The notes under the pieces are model-generated. The model searched no databases. It was not told the origin of the DNA and was given only the letters and a program-made list of their open reading frames with translations. A DNA stretch of 64,000 nucleotides, taken from positions 32,935,212 through 32,999,211 of the forward strand of contig JARDVH010000133.1 of the NCBI GenBank assembly GCA_030324005.1, in the 5' to 3' direction. Positions 13,841 to 27,979 of this stretch are shown here, piece after piece. The stretch is from Negaprion brevirostris (taxonomy: Eukaryota). Made by a program: the position numbers and the translations under genes. Numbering within the stretch: position 1 is the stretch's first letter; each line of letters begins with the position of its first letter.

Positions 13841-14350
13841 GAAGGATGTGGAAGTTTTGGAGAGGGTACAGAAAAGATTTACCAGGATGTTGCCTGGTAT
13901 GGAGGGCATTAGCTATGAGGAGAAGTTGGAGAAACTTGGCTTGTTCTCACTGGAACGAAGGAGGTTGAGGGGAGACCTGAGAGAAGGCTACAGGATTATG
14001 AGAGGCATGCTCAGAGTGGATAGTCAGAAGCTTTTTCCCAGGGTGAAAGTCAATTACTAGAGGGCATAAGTTTAAGGTGCGAGTAGCAAGGTTTAAAAGA
14101 GGTGTACGAGGCAGATCTTTTACACAGAGAGTAGTGGGTGCTTGGCACTCGTTTCCGGGGAAGGTAGTGGAAGTGGATATGGTAGTGACTTTTAAGGGGT
14201 GTCTTGACAAGTACGTGCATGAGATGAGAATAGAAGGATATGGTCCCTGGAAGTGTGGGGGGGTTTTAGTTAAATCAGGCAGCATGTTCATTGCAGGCTT
14301 GGAGGGCCGACGAGCCTGTTCCTAGGCTGTAATTTTCTTTGTTCTTTGTT
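13840..14350 (+). mobile_element. CR1 LINE 3' end
   Basis: LERVQKRFTRMLPGMEGISYEEKLEKLGLFSLERRRLRGDL, then 3' UTR and ctttgtt tail repeats. Confidence 0.9.
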
Positions 14351-14721
14351 CACTCTCAGTGCCACATGCAAGTGAGTTCAGAAATAGAAGGATAAGGCAG
14401 ACGAATCCATGACTGGACAGATGGTGCAGGAGGGAGGGCTTTAGAATCCTGGGATGCTTGCTCTGTGTAAGGTGGCACCTGTATAAGCCAGATGGGTTGT
14501 ACCTGAATAGAGCTGGGACTGACTTCCTTGTCTTTTGCTAATACTGTTAAGTAGGCTTTAAACCAACTCAGCAGGGGTGTGGGAACCAAGAGTGAATATT
14601 CTAGAGGAATCCCAGGATACGCACAGTATTGGGAGAGACAGATAGCACTAATATGGAGAATTGTAAGTTAATAAGCGAAGTCAGAATAACAAAATCTAAA
14701 TTAGGGTTATTGTGTATGTAT

Positions 14722-15872
14722 TGTTCAGGTCAGAAACTTGGGTGTTTTATGGAATTTGCCTGGATCATAGGTTTTGCACCTTGAATTTGGCTAGGAGAAG
14801 CATGACATATTTCACCTTGGGTATGATTCAAATGACCCATGGGAAGCTCTTATCAAACAAAGTTTATTTAAGAATATAATTAACCTGTATGGAAAGAAAA
14901 TTAGCAATGACCTTTATCAATTACAAACAAAAACAAAACAACCGCGATAACAAATATATCTAAGATGTTTCAAACAAAAGTCCCCGTAAACAAAAAAACC
15001 CTTTCCACAGGTTTAATGCAGCAAAGACTAATGTCTGTGATATTGGAACTGAGTCCTTTGGTTGGAGAATTGAAACCCTGACTTCTCAGCTTATAACTTC
15101 TAGTAGCCTTTTGGAAACCTCGGAACGGTATAAAGTGAGAACAGCTTCCCTCCCATCTTCTTGGCCTGCCAACCCAGGAAGACCAGTAACCTAACAGGAT
15201 TTAGAGACATCCATGGTTCCCCTTTCTCCCAGGACTCCTAAAATAGCCACAAAAGCTACAGATCCTTGTGTGGCGCAGAATCTCTAGCCTTCAATTGGCC
15301 AACAGCTCTGATATGAGACTTCCGCCTGGAGATGGAAGGAAATCCCGATTCATACGAAGTAGGAACCATTGCTCAAAAAACTTAGAGCGGAAAGCGAGCC
15401 AAACAAAGGTAGGCTGTCCCCAAAATTTATTTGAGGGTGTGGGGAGCTCTCTCCATCAACATGTAATCCTGATGTGGAGTTGCTAGCATTGGACTGGGGT
15501 CGGCACAGTAAGTAGTCTCACAACACCAGGTTAAAGGCCAACAGATTTATTTGGCAGCGCAAGCTTTCAGAGTGTCGCTCCTTCACCTGATGAAGGAGCA
15601 AATTGTTGGTAAAATCGGGCCTAAAGTATCTGTCTAGAATAACAAGAGTTCTTTATAAGTCCATTGCACACATTCCTATTTCAAAATTTGTTGACTTATA
15701 CTCGCAGGAACTATTCCTGTGTAAAAAAAGTATGAGCATAACTATTCCTGAGTATAAACTGCACTCCTTCAAACCTGGTGGTCTGAAATAACCCAAAACA
15801 CCAGCAACTTGTGGCTCCTTAGAAACAAAAAGCCCAAATCATAATTTTCAAACCAACTTGATCCTGTAACCA
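14722..15872. mobile_element. Possible solo-LTR-like element
   Basis: Tentative TG...CA bounds; it interrupts a CR1; its first 160 nt or so resemble 4000-4160, suggesting a second copy at about 3995-4735. Confidence 0.35.
15470..15600. mobile_element. Family B Penelope-derived element, truncated
   Basis: Homologous to 63299-63450, with CTGATGAAGGAGCA at 15587-15600. Nested inside an LTR-like region. Confidence 0.7.
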
Positions 15873-16003
15873 TGATTATGCCGATAGCTAGTCATTTGTG
15901 TGTTCCATTGACAGAGTGAAATAGCTGGATATCCACAGGTGAGAAAAAAACAAATTTAATTATGCTTACAGTCAAAATAATCTATTCCTCCTTATTTCTG
16001 CAG

Positions 16004-16110
16004 GTAGCATCCGACACATATACTTTTATCACAATGCTCAAGGGAATAAAGCCCTGTTTGGCCTGTTCATCCCCTCTCAACGGAAAGCCTGTATATTTGT
16101 TCTTGACACT
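16004..16110 (+). CDS. POLE: POLE exon (about 35), (G)[35 protein letters not shown]
   Basis: tttctgcag| acceptor, |gtaagt donor, 107 nt, restores phase 0. Confidence 0.96.
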
Positions 16111-17629
16111 GTAAGTCTTTCTAAGGGGATCAGCCTTCTAGATAACTGCAGGTTACTGCAAGAAAGAATGTTTGTTCCATAAAATAACCAAGGTTTTTTG
16201 CTTTAAATATATTATAAAGATCAAAAATGGATCATATTTGATTCTGTGCTGTACTAGCTGATCTTGGGTAAGGACAGTCAACTAATGCACACTTGGGCTA
16301 TTGAGAGTAAAAATGTCCACTATTTCCTAATTGTTAGCAGTGATTGCCACTGAAAGTGCACATGTTAAGACGCCACTTTCATGCCAGTATTCATCACTTT
16401 TGCTTAAGGTAGGAGACCTACTAATGCCTGTGACACTATACCTTGTAAAGAGATAGAAACTTGCGGAATGTAGTCTTGAAAGAAATAGGAGTTAAGCCAC
16501 TCTTCTGTCAGGAGGAAGGGAAACAATATACAGTGGATGTTATGTCTTTGCCAGCGCCAATGAAACTAATAACTAATATTCTGTTCCCTCTGAGTTTACA
16601 GCAATTGTTGCTATCTCAATACAGTGGACATTTTCAAATATGTCATCCGCTTGCAGTCTGTATTGAGGGTTGTCTGAATAGAAGCTGATGGATGGAATTA
16701 TGCTTTGCATAAACCTGTAAGCTGGTTACAGGATAATAATAATGGAGCTGAAAGACAACCATTTATTGTTGATAGGAGACCTAAAGAAGGGACAACACTC
16801 GTGGAACAATCTGGGTGCATTTAAAATTGAAATGAAGTGGGAATAATTAAAGCAAATGTGGATTCTTGCTACTGTTATAAGCCACAAGCTTGAGGATTCT
16901 GTTCAGTTGATTGGTTAATCAAAGTTAGCATCCTTTGTTTCCTTTCAGAAATGTACTTAATGAAAGGTGGGGAGTGTGTGTGGAGAAGATACGATTGTTT
17001 ATTGTGACAACTAAATTAATGGACAACATTAATTTGGGCCTTCATTTTATCTACTGATCCAGAAAAGTTGACTTCACTAACATTCAAATTAAAGATTATC
17101 ATTTGTGTGGACTGCATCGGAGGTTTAAGTGCACTGAGAAGTTGTACACAAGCTCCACTAGGATCAATCTTAACAGTTAACTTGCCTCGAGATGACTATC
17201 AAAATTCACACATGCAGTACACCACGCACATTTGACTACTTGACAAAACATTTGTGGAATCGTAGGAAATTAGCATCAGACACCAAAATATTGTTGAGAG
17301 AAATGTGTGTCCATGACAATAAGATCACCAGCACCTGGAATGAGAAAGCTAAACTCTCCCTGCACCCACTGTCCATGATATATTTTAAAAAACATCAGGT
17401 GAGAAGGGAAAGTTCCTGATACCAAAGTACTTAAGAAAAGCAAGTCTAATAAAGCTGGCTCATACATAAATACCTCCAGAGGCACAGTCATTTATATCTG
17501 ATGGAAATTGAGTATATTCCAAAAGACTTCTTGTTTCGGGAACTTTAACGTGTTTCAAAGTTGTTGGGTTGACCTTGGCTGGAATTCAAGATGTTTGCAA
17601 GAGGAACTTGAAAAGCTTTAACATCAGAT

Positions 17630-17785
17630 AAGGTTGATTGGCTGTGCTAAATTGACCTTAGTGGCTTGGGGATTAGAGGGATATGTATGTGGGGTTTACG
17701 GGAATAGGGGCCTGGGTGGCATTGCGGTCGGTGCAATCTGGATGGGCTGAATGGCCTCCTGCACTGTAGGGATTCTATGATTCTT
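17630..17785 (+). mobile_element. V-SINE 3' fragment
   Basis: aggttgattggctgtgctaaattg...gcactgtagggattctatgattct. Confidence 0.8.
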
Positions 17786-18313
17786 TAATCAATGCTGCAA
17801 GCTGGGAAGATGCGATTAACAATGGTGGAAGGCTGAGGTACATCAAAGTAGCGGAGTGGGATGAGAAGTGGGGGAAATGCATCAGGAGGAGAGGGACAAG
17901 AGCTAGGAAGGTTTTAAGATTTAATATTGCATGGGCATCATCATTTGACCCTGTGCTGCATTGGCAATCAGGATTGCTTGCAAATTGCGATCTGTAGCTA
18001 CTCACATTGCAGCTCAACAAAGTAACTAAACTGCTTTAGTCACCGTTGTAACAAAAGTGGTTGCTATTTAGATCTTAAACAAAATTCTCATTAAAATTAG
18101 TCTAATTATCACTAAATTGATAACTGGCGTGCAAAATGTCACATTGACACAAAAGATTATAGAGTACACGGAAATGACCTGTGCTGCATTTGTTGCAGTC
18201 ACTTGCTTTCTGAAAAAAATTGTAGGCCTTTTCTTTTATTGCTTAGAAGTATGAAGGCTTTTGATGGAGTATACAGTTTTGTTCAGTGGCTGCTGTTTTT
18301 AATCTCATCGAAG

Positions 18314-18490
18314 GTGCGTAGTAATCAGATGCCAAACCTGAATAACCTGTACGCCGCTGAGCGTACTGCTATGCTGGAGAAATTGGATGAAGAACTGTTG
18401 CCACCTGATAAGCACACGTTTGAAGTTCAGGCAGAAAAGGACCCAAAGTTAGTCTACAGAGCAATTCAACGGCTTCTGCTAAGCTACAAG
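18314..18490 (+). CDS. POLE: POLE exon (about 36), VRSNQMPNL...[11 protein letters not shown]
   Basis: aag| acceptor, AAG|gtaatg donor, 177 nt, inside ORF 18203..18571. Confidence 0.95.
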
Positions 18491-19645
18491 GTAATGATTT
18501 CTATTGGAATGAAGTGTTGGAAAAACACCAATTTAAAAAGTGGGTTTTCTTTCCCACTGTTGGGGTTCTGAATTTAAAACAGAAAACACACTTCCTTTTT
18601 TAAAATAAATATTGTGTGCATGTGTTCCAGCATCTTAAATGCATTTGTTTTGTGTGATTTTTAATTGAGCACCAGTTATTAAAACTGTTCGCAATTGCTT
18701 TAGTTCTGGATTCCCAGACTCTTAAAAAAGCATCAAACATTTGATTTACCTCAAGTCTGCTTTTCCACTTTAAATCTGGTTACTGTAATTGTCTCTTTAA
18801 CTCAGAACACTTTGTTTACACTTTCTTGAATTCTTCTCAACAGTACCTTGATCTCTGTTCTCAAGTCATCTTAAGATGTTATTTCTGTCCCAATTCCCTG
18901 GGACTTGAGGAAGCCTTCCTTTTTGCAGTTACCATGCTCTAGCAAAGTTGAGAGATGTTCACTCCCTGGTGTCCTACTTTCAACTGCAACATATTCAACT
19001 AAAACTTCAAAAACTTTTCTATTTTACAAGGACCCCAGTTACTTTGCAACCATTGTTAGTTTATTTACTCCTCATACCGTAAATCTCTCTAAGCACAATA
19101 GAAACACAATTGGAACGTGACCAGCCCCACATGTACAAATCCCTTTGTCCATCATGAACCTAACTATAGGTTTTACTCTCCAGAGCGAAGAAACATTAAA
19201 GTAAACCCACTTTAAAACTATACACCTTATTTCTAATGTTTACCAATACAAATATAAATCCCTAAACTACTTTTTGTTTTCCTAACATTACAAATTGACA
19301 ACATAGACAGATTATTCCAAAGCAATTTTGTAGGATGGGTACCAATTCAAATCATTTTGATTTTTATTTTGTAATAGGTCAAAGCTACACTCTATTATCC
19401 ATATATTTGTGCATTCTAAATATTTAATTGCAACCTTATGACTTCCTTTGCATAGTATGGTGACTGTACTCAGCTGTGTGCTGCTGAGTAAATTCCAGAA
19501 TAGGATCATAAAATGGCGATCTGTTACCTGCTACTGTATCTGTTACTAAAAATAGGGATGGGAGATAATTAAAGGTTAATCTTAAAGCAACAGTCTGTGC
19601 AGGAGTGGAAGGAAGCTGATTTTGATTTTAATTTGTATTTTTAAG

Positions 19646-19869
19646 GATGAAAGAAGAGGTCCAACTCTCATTGCTGTACAATCGAAGTGGGACCTGAAGA
19701 GGCTGACAAATGGAATGCCAGTTCTGGATGAGTTTCCATTGGTGCCTGTCCATGTAAATGATGACATTAGCTATGGTGTATTGGATTGGCAGCGTCATGG
19801 TGTTCGTAGAATGATCAGACACTACCTCAGCCTGGATAGCATTCTGTCCAAGGCATTTGAGATGGCCAG
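19646..19869 (+). CDS. POLE: POLE exon (about 37), [13 protein letters not shown]...[16 protein letters not shown]...AFEMAR
   Basis: tttttaag| acceptor, AG|gtaaga donor, 224 nt. Confidence 0.96.
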
Positions 19870-21768
19870 GTAAGAGAATTTATAGTTCCTGAACGTGATT
19901 GATAATGCAACATGTCTGTGAAATTGATTTTGTTCCTGTCAAGCTCTTTAAGTGACTTATGTTTAGAGCACAGTCGATGAATACTAGAGTATTCCAAGAC
20001 CCAGAAGGGAACTTTGGATTGGCTGCTCTCTGCTGTATTTTCAATTTCATGTAACATGAGGAAAAATGTGAAGANNNNNNNNNNTCTTGTGATGATCTTA
20101 AACAAAATATGTGTGTATTAAACAGTAAAACACTTAAGAACATCAACTAAAATTATGCTTATCTACATTAATGGCTGTCCACAATTTATTTAAATATACC
20201 CAATTTGTCCTAATCCCAAAGCTAAATCTCCCCAAAAAACATCCCATAGATTTTAAAACTATAAGCAAAATCTAGCAATAGTTACCACACACCAGGTACC
20301 TACATCTTTTGGGGTTGTTTCCAATTTAGAATAGAGACCGCCAGCATCTAAAAACAGATTTTCTCTGTGTACAGCTTGTTGAGAATGGACACAACTTCCT
20401 GCTGTGTGGGCTGTGTTCTCAAAACAATGACCATGCATTGATGAATTTGCCTCTGATGTGTGCTTTTTTTCCTTTTGATTTCCCCTTACCTGAACTAACC
20501 TTCTCAGATGTTCCACTTAAGTTACCTTTATAACATAAGCGGCAATTTCAGCTCCAATGAATGTAGTCAGCTCCTCATTGAATAAATCCTTTGGATCTGT
20601 TTTATCCATTTTGCTAAAAAATAAAGAGAGAAAAAAACAACCAACCANNNNNNNNNNNNNNNNNNNNNNNNNNNNNNNNNNNNNNNNNNNNNNNNNNNNN
20701 NNNNNNNNNNNNNNNNNNNNNNNNNNNNNNNNNNNNNNNNNNNNNNNTAACTTTTGACATGCAGTGTTGCTCAGCTAATCAGCATATCAAAGCCCTAGTT
20801 CCACCCAACCAGCCAATCTGTCTTTTTTCCAATTTACATTTTAAAAATAGCTTGCTTTTCCTTTAAACAGACAACCACCAGAAAGCATTGCTTATTTTCT
20901 CCATTTTATAATTTACGCACTAAAAATTGGCATGGAACTTGGGTGAGCTCAAAGCCTAATACCATGATGGTAAAAGGAGACCTCTGCACTGTGCTGACTC
21001 AGGCATGACAGCTATAGCAGAGTCGACAATTTGGCCCAGCATTTCAAGATTGGGGCAGGTGGATAGTGTAGGATGGGCTGAAAATCAAGAGATTTTCTAC
21101 TTTACCCATCCAGTGACCTTTGAGACATGTGGTTGTGTAAGGATATGATTGCTCTATGCTATTGCACCCCCAACATGGAATGGCCTGCTTACACTCTGTC
21201 AAGGCTAGCATAGACAAATGGCCATGTGAGTTAATTACTCCACATCAATTTGTATCATCAGGCAAAAAGCAGAAGATTGGAGAGGAAAACCAGTTGGAAC
21301 CTACCATATATTGGTGGAATTTGCCAAAACGATTTAGCCATCTTGTCCATATGTTTGAGAAAATCTGAGCACGTTAACCCTAGATTGCTCTTGTACACCT
21401 CCCAAGTGGCAATTATACAATAACATTGGAGAAAGCTCCTTGATGGCCCTTTTAGCTTGGGAACTGCATGATTCAGGGACGTCCAAAGGTAGAGAGATAC
21501 TTTTCAAAGTTGAAAGGTGAAACTTTAAAACAAAAATTCAAAAGGAAAAAAAATGCACTCAGATTTCTTGTGCATGTCCAAAGATGACTAATAGATGCTG
21601 ACAGAATGCAGTCTATTCAGATTCTATCTGTTGGTTGAAGATGTTAATATGGCATTAGAAAAGTCTGAAGTAATAAAACAGAATAGAATAAGAGCATTGA
21701 AAGCTGTGAGCAAATTGCTATGTAGTAACCAAATGCTGTTTAACACAAAATGCATAATTCTTTTTCAG

Positions 21769-21989
21769 ATATTACCACATTCCCATTGGAAACCTTCCAG
21801 ATGACATCTCAACCTTTGGATCAGATCTTTTCTTTTCCAGACATCTTAGACGACACAACCATCTACTGTGGCTTTCCCCAACATCTCGACCAGATCTGGG
21901 AGGGAAAGAGGCAGACGATAATCGTCTGGTGATGGAATTTGATGAGAGATCAACAGTTGAGATTAACAATCCAGGGTGTTACTCTACAA
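21769..21989 (+). CDS. POLE: POLE exon (about 38), [26 protein letters not shown]...[14 protein letters not shown]...GCYST
   Basis: tttttcag| acceptor, |gtatgt donor, 221 nt. Confidence 0.96.
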
Positions 21990-22144
21990 GTATGTAGACA
22001 GCAACAAATATTTCTTTGCATGGATAGTTTCACCTTTTTAAATTGTTCAAAACTGCAGACAGTTACCTATCTTTCCCTCCCTCCTTCACAACTGAGCTTC
22101 CTGAATCACTACAAATCTCAACTCCTATTTTGAGCTAATGTGTA

Positions 22145-22680
22145 TGTGTACAGTTCTAGTCACCCTATTATAGAATGAATATTATTAAACTAGAAAGAGT
22201 GCAGAAAAGATTTACCAGGATGCTACCGGGACTTGATGGTTTGCATTATAAGGAGAGGCTGGATAGACTGGGACTTTTTTCTCTGGAGTGTAAGAGGCTG
22301 AGGGGTGATCTTATAGAGGCCTATAAAATAATGAGGGGCATACATCAGCTAGATAGTCAATATCTTTTCCCAAAGGTAGGGGGGTCTAAAACTAGACGGC
22401 ATAGGTTTAAGGTGAGAGGGGAGAGATACAAAATGATCCAGAGGGGCAATTGTTTCACACGTGGGGGCGTCTGGAACAAGCTGTTGGAGGTAATAGTAGA
22501 GATGGGTACAAGTTTGTCTTTTGAAAAGCATTTAGACTGTTACATGGGGGTAAGATGGGTATCGAAGGGTATGGGCCAAACATGGGCAATTGGGACGAGC
22601 TTAGTGGTTTTAAAAAAAAGGGTGGCATGGACAAGTTGGGCCGAAGGGCCTGTTTCCATGCTGTGAACTCTATCATTGTA
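22145..22680 (+). mobile_element. CR1 LINE 3' end
   Basis: ORF 22175..22666 LERVQKRFTRMLPGLDGLHYKERLDRLGLFSLE..RLRGDLIEAYKI. Confidence 0.9.
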
Positions 22681-23370
22681 CAATAATCCAGCCTTCTGGA
22701 TTTCTAGTCCAATCATGTAACCATTTTCTACCATACCCCTATGTGTGTATATAATTATTACATATATATAGCTCAGTTGCCTGTATAATGCAAATTACTC
22801 ACCATGATTGGAGGCTTTGTTGACATTTCTGCATGGAATTGTCAAATAGGATTACCAAATTTGTGTTGGAGCCATGGTTTGCCTCCACTGATTTTCATTA
22901 TTGCCTATAGTTTGCAGTATTGTAATTGTTTATCTCTAGCTAATAATTGTTCTTTGTGGGTTTTTCTTAAAGTAGCATGAAATGTTCTCCTCCACCAGTT
23001 ATTTATTTATGCCTGTCAAGACATCATCAAACTGTGCATTTCCTGACACTGAGTGTTGCAACCTTTACATTGCAACTCTTCAGTTGTCTGAAAGGGGCGC
23101 AACCAGCCTTTTTCCAAGAATTTACCTTCTTAAAACTTTACTCTGTTTTAATTCGGAATAGAATTCAGTCACTGTTGTGAATTTTATGATACTTCAAATA
23201 TTGTTATATTGACATAGTGGCTCTCCTTAATAGTAACTTTTAAAACATTCTCTCCTTNNNNNNNNNNNNNNNNNNNNNNNNNNNNNNNNNNNNNNNNNNN
23301 NNNNNNNNNNNNNNNNNNNNNNNNNNNNNNNNNNNNNNNNNNNNNNNNNNNNNNNNNATTCTCTCCTTAG

Positions 23371-23575
23371 CTTCTGTGGAGCTGGATATTCAGAGCTTGG
23401 CTGTGAATACTATCCTTCAGTCCCATCACATTAATGATATGGAGGGAGCATCCAGTATTGGTGTCAGCTTCGATGTTATCCAGCAAGCTTCACTCGAAGA
23501 CATGATGGCTGGTAACCAGGCAGCTAATGCACTGGCCAGCTATGATGAGGCAGCATTGTGCTCCAACACTTTCAG
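23371..23575 (+). CDS. POLE: POLE exon (about 39), [25 protein letters not shown]...CSNTFR
   Basis: ctctccttag| acceptor, AG|gtattt donor, 205 nt. Confidence 0.96.
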
Positions 23576-24321
23576 GTATTTCTGTGGAGAGCAGGCAGGT
23601 TGTGAGCAGTGTCACTGGGTCCCTACATCAGGGTTTGGGATCCTGATCAATCTAATATTCTTTTGGTCAAAAAACTAATTTGCATGTACCTTCAGATTTT
23701 TAAGTAAATTATTGCTTTTAGTGTTAGCTTATTGAAAGATAAATGATGAAAATTGTTCAATAATATACTGATTTATGTGTTGTTGGGACATAAGCCTCTA
23801 TTTGTACTAGCCTATAAGATGACAGGAGAAAAGGCAGTAAGAATTTAAGAGGCTTAAGGGTGATTTTATAAAGTCTTGTGTGAGTTTCTTTCTGTACTCT
23901 GTGGGTTATTACTTGAACACTAAATATTTAACAGTTTTTCAAGGCACTGAACTGCAACTCTTGGTACTCTCCCTTGTACAAGATTGTGCAGTATTTACTG
24001 CAGTGGTGTTCTAAATTGCAGACAACCAGCAATGACAGTTAATGAAGGTGGGTGATCTCATGACTATTGGAAACTTCCTTTTGGGCTTTACAGTTTTTAA
24101 ACATGCAGCTGATTGGGCACCTTTGTGCCCCTCTGCCATTGATATCCAGGGAGGTCACACTGACACTATCATAACATTTTATTTTTCCACAGCTCTCTAG
24201 CCACCACTTAATAATTTCTTGATGGTTTCGCTGCAACATAGAGGATCAAAGCAGTGATATGAGCTTAGTATTCAATCTTTTTCTACTGTTCCGGCTTAAA
24301 CCTTAGTTTCACTGCTCATGA

Positions 24322-24516
<195 letters not shown>

Positions 24517-25474
24517 TAAGTTTGAAAAACAGGGTATGAGAACAGATGCCTTAAGAATAAAGCATAAGCACTTGTGAAACCCATCTGCATTTTCTGAAAA
24601 TTATGGGGTTTTTTTATGAATGTACACCTTCTTTCCTTTAAAATTTTGAATGTTTGCTTTTAAGCTGTCACTGAGTGCATACTCTGTTCTCTCTCTAGAT
24701 CACTAATGAAAGCACAGAATAAGTGTTTCATATGATGCCTGTACCCTATATGCTAGCAAAGGTGTGGTTGCAGTGTTCTGGCACTTGAAGCCAATGTAGT
24801 TATAATTTTAAAAAAATCAAAATTCTATATGTTTTACTGACTGGCAAATGCTATTATTAAAAGCCAATGTTGTATAATGTAAGGTTAAGATTGGGTTGAG
24901 ACAAATACAAATTGCACAAAGGGAGGAGAGACCTGGGACTGGAGCAAAGAATATTCAACATATTCTGCAAAAAGGGAGGGATAGCTACAACTCAGGGGTT
25001 TCCATAGCAACAATTGGAGGAAGTGAGTGGAGCAAAGGAAGAAGTTGTTCAATGTGAGAACAAGTTAATCAAGTTGGTGGAGTGTGGTGGTGAATGAAGA
25101 TTAATTGGATTTCTGTTCAAAGAAGAAATAAAAAACCCTCAGGCTGCTTTGATTGGATATGGAGTTGTAGAGGGTTTGATCATCCATGGTGAAAAGGATC
25201 TACTCCCTGCCTGCGCATGCACAGAATGTCTGAGGTGTGTCAGGTACTGAAGTTCCTGACTTCTTGAGCTCAGCATGTTTGGGTTTCAGAACAGTGCTAT
25301 ACAACACGTTGGAGAACTGTATGGTGGTCACTCCTTTCCCACACTGTCACTGACTTCTTCATCCTGGAGAGCTTCATTCCACTGTCTCCTAACTCACAAA
25401 TCCCCCATTTGCCTCCTTTGAAGGAGATAGAAAACATGAGGACCAGAAAACCTGAAACTGTAAAACTGGTGGAG

Positions 25475-25641
25475 GAGAAAATGCTGGAAAATCTCAACAG
25501 ATCTGGCTGCATCTGTAAGGAGAGAAAAGAGCTGACGTTTCGAATCCAGATGACCCTTTGACAAAGCTGCCAGACCTGCTGAGATTTTCCAGCATTTTCC
25601 CTTTCGGTTTCAGATTTCAGCATCCGCAGAAATTTGCTTTT
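25475..25641. mobile_element. Family A palindromic element
   Basis: Same arms; minus strand retains GGGTC..GATTC GAAACGTC. Confidence 0.75.
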
Positions 25642-26165
25642 AAACTCGTGGAGAACTTTGGAAGAATGGATGTAGCTGGAAAGGATGAATGGGATGGATA
25701 GGATAGAGGTGGAGAGACTCTTCCCGCTCAGAAAGGACAGTAGGACTAGGGGGCACAGCCNNNNNNNNNNNNNNNNNNNNNNNNNNNNNNNNNNNNNNNN
25801 NNNNNNNNNNNNNNNNNNNNNNNNNNNNNNNNNNNNNNNNNNNNNNNNNNNNNNNNNNNNCGTTAGAATGCTGAGTCTATCAGGGCAGTCCTGTTTGTGA
25901 ATGTTGGGAAGGAGATGGAAGCTGCCTGTGTGAGTTTGAAGATAATTTAGGGAAACACTCCAGGAAGATGAGGTCAGTGATATTCTGAGAAATGCTGATT
26001 TGATACCAGCGGTAGCATCATAGCCGAATGTTGTTAGAAGTCACCACCACAGTTCTTCTGGAGGCAAAATCCCGTCTTCACTGTGGGGCCACGTCCGTTG
26101 TGTTATGTGACACTTCTGAAACCCCAAAATGGTAAGCTCAGAGATCAGAAACTTCAACTTCTAAC

Positions 26166-26231
26166 GGATTGCAGACTTTCTGTGCAGGCAAGGGGGATTG
26201 CAGACTTTCTGTGCAGGCAAGGGGGATTGCA
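26166..26231. repeat. Perfect 29-bp tandem repeat, 2.3 copies
   Basis: ggattgcagactttctgtgcaggcaaggg twice, plus ggattgca. Confidence 0.95.
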
Positions 26232-27853
26232 CATGCATAATGCTGCAATTTGTAATTTCTTTGGGTCCAGAACAGGCCCAATATGCCTGCATAGAAAGAG
26301 AGAGAGGGGAGTAAAAGTGTGAAAGCCCATGTCCAGTGACTGGGAGCAAAGTGCTGTGCAAGATTAGTGCCTCAAGTCAGTGCAAGGAGAGATCCCAAAG
26401 GGGAAGAAATGGTAGTGAGAAGTTCCAAAAGGAAGTTCCCCCATGAAGCGATGGGGAAGAGAAACTCCCACTAAAGTTCATTNNNNNNNNNNNNNNNNNN
26501 NNNNNNNNNNNNNNNNNNNNNNNNNNNNNNNNNNNNNNNNNNNNNNNNNNNNNNNNNNNNNNNNNNNNNNNNNNNNNNNNNNGAGAAACTCCCACTAAAG
26601 TTCATTTATGAGAAGAGCAGAGAAACAGGCTTCAAGTTGAGAAAAAACTACAGGTGACTAACTAGGTAAAGAGGGCTCTGGAGAAGAATTGAATAGGGCT
26701 GATGGAGCAAAGGTACCCTTTGGAGCATTAGTGTTCTACCTACATGGCATTGTCCATAAAGCTGAGGTTGCACTTGTGAGTTGGTGTTTGAGTGAGTACT
26801 CAGCAATCCAGGTGAAAATAATTTCAGGAGACAGGATTGAAATCCTGCAGTGGGCTGTTGTTGAAATTGTCTGAGTTGAAGTGACTCTGAGAATTCGAAG
26901 GCGAGATCTTTGAAGGTGAAGATTGGAATCCCTTATGGGAGAGACAGAGTTTGAATGAGATTGTTGACTGTGTTACTGGATGAGTTGTTGAGAAATCTGT
27001 GGAGACTTTTTTGGGTTACGTTTGACATTCATTGTGCAGTGTGGTGTGTTGGACCAATTTGTCTGTTAATTCATAATCCTGAACGCTGGAATAACTGGAT
27101 ATATATTGTAAATTGTTTTATCTTTCTGGCCGTGTGCAGTGAAGTCTATTTTTGTTTGTTCAGAATTCATGGATTCTTGGGCTTTATTCGCTGAACAAGT
27201 GTCTTAAATCTCAATCTTATCAGATCTCACCAACAACCTGGGGATCTGGCCAAGGATCACAAACAGCACTGTGCTCATATTAACCTTGAGGCCTGCCATG
27301 TTCCTTACTCTGCCATTGCCTTCAAGCCAGGGAACCAACCTTGGTTGAATGAGGAGTGTAGGAGATAACGCCAGGGGCAGCACCTTAAAAATGAGATGTG
27401 AATCTGCAACCAAATGCATGCTTAATAGTGAAAACAGCATCTTACAGTCAGAGCTAAGCAATCCAACAACCAGTAAATCATATCAAACCTCTGCAGTCCT
27501 GCCATATCTGGACTGTGACTTATTCACCAATGCTTGGGGTTCTGCCAGAGCCATTTGGCTCCTAATCTCATGACATCCTTGATCCAAACATGGGGAAAAA
27601 AAGCTGAATTCCAGAAGGAAGATGTGAGTGCTGTACAAGATTAGTGCCTCAAATCAGTGCAAGGAGAGATCCCAAAGGGGAAGAAACGGTAAGTTCCAAA
27701 AGGAAGTTCCCCCATGAAGCGATGGGGAAGAGAAACTCCCACTAAAGTTCATTTATGAGAAGAGCAGAGAAACAGGCTTCAAGTTGAGAAAAAACTACAG
27801 GTGACTNNNNNNNNNNNNNNNNNNNNNNNNNNNNATGATTTTATTTTACGTAG

Positions 27854-27979
27854 GCTTGTAGCAGAGTTTAAAAGGTTGGGTTCATCTGTGATCTATGCCA
27901 ATTTCAACCGTATAATACTGTGCACCAAGAAGCGGCGGATTGAGGATTCAGTAGGATATGTGGAATACATCACAAAGAG
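27854..27979 (+). CDS. POLE: POLE exon (about 41), [41 protein letters not shown]
   Basis: cgtag| acceptor just after an N gap, AG|gtaata donor, 126 nt. Confidence 0.96.

Noticed and set aside
20985-21130. Faint similarity to 16240-16370, possibly an ancient SINE
   Set aside because: Too degenerate to define by eye
23247-23368. Direct repeats flanking 100-N gaps: 11 bp here, 24 bp at 26459/26583, and 38 bp with one mismatch at 60845/60983
   Set aside because: Typical unmerged contig overlaps, possibly at heterozygous sites; not TSDs or real repeats
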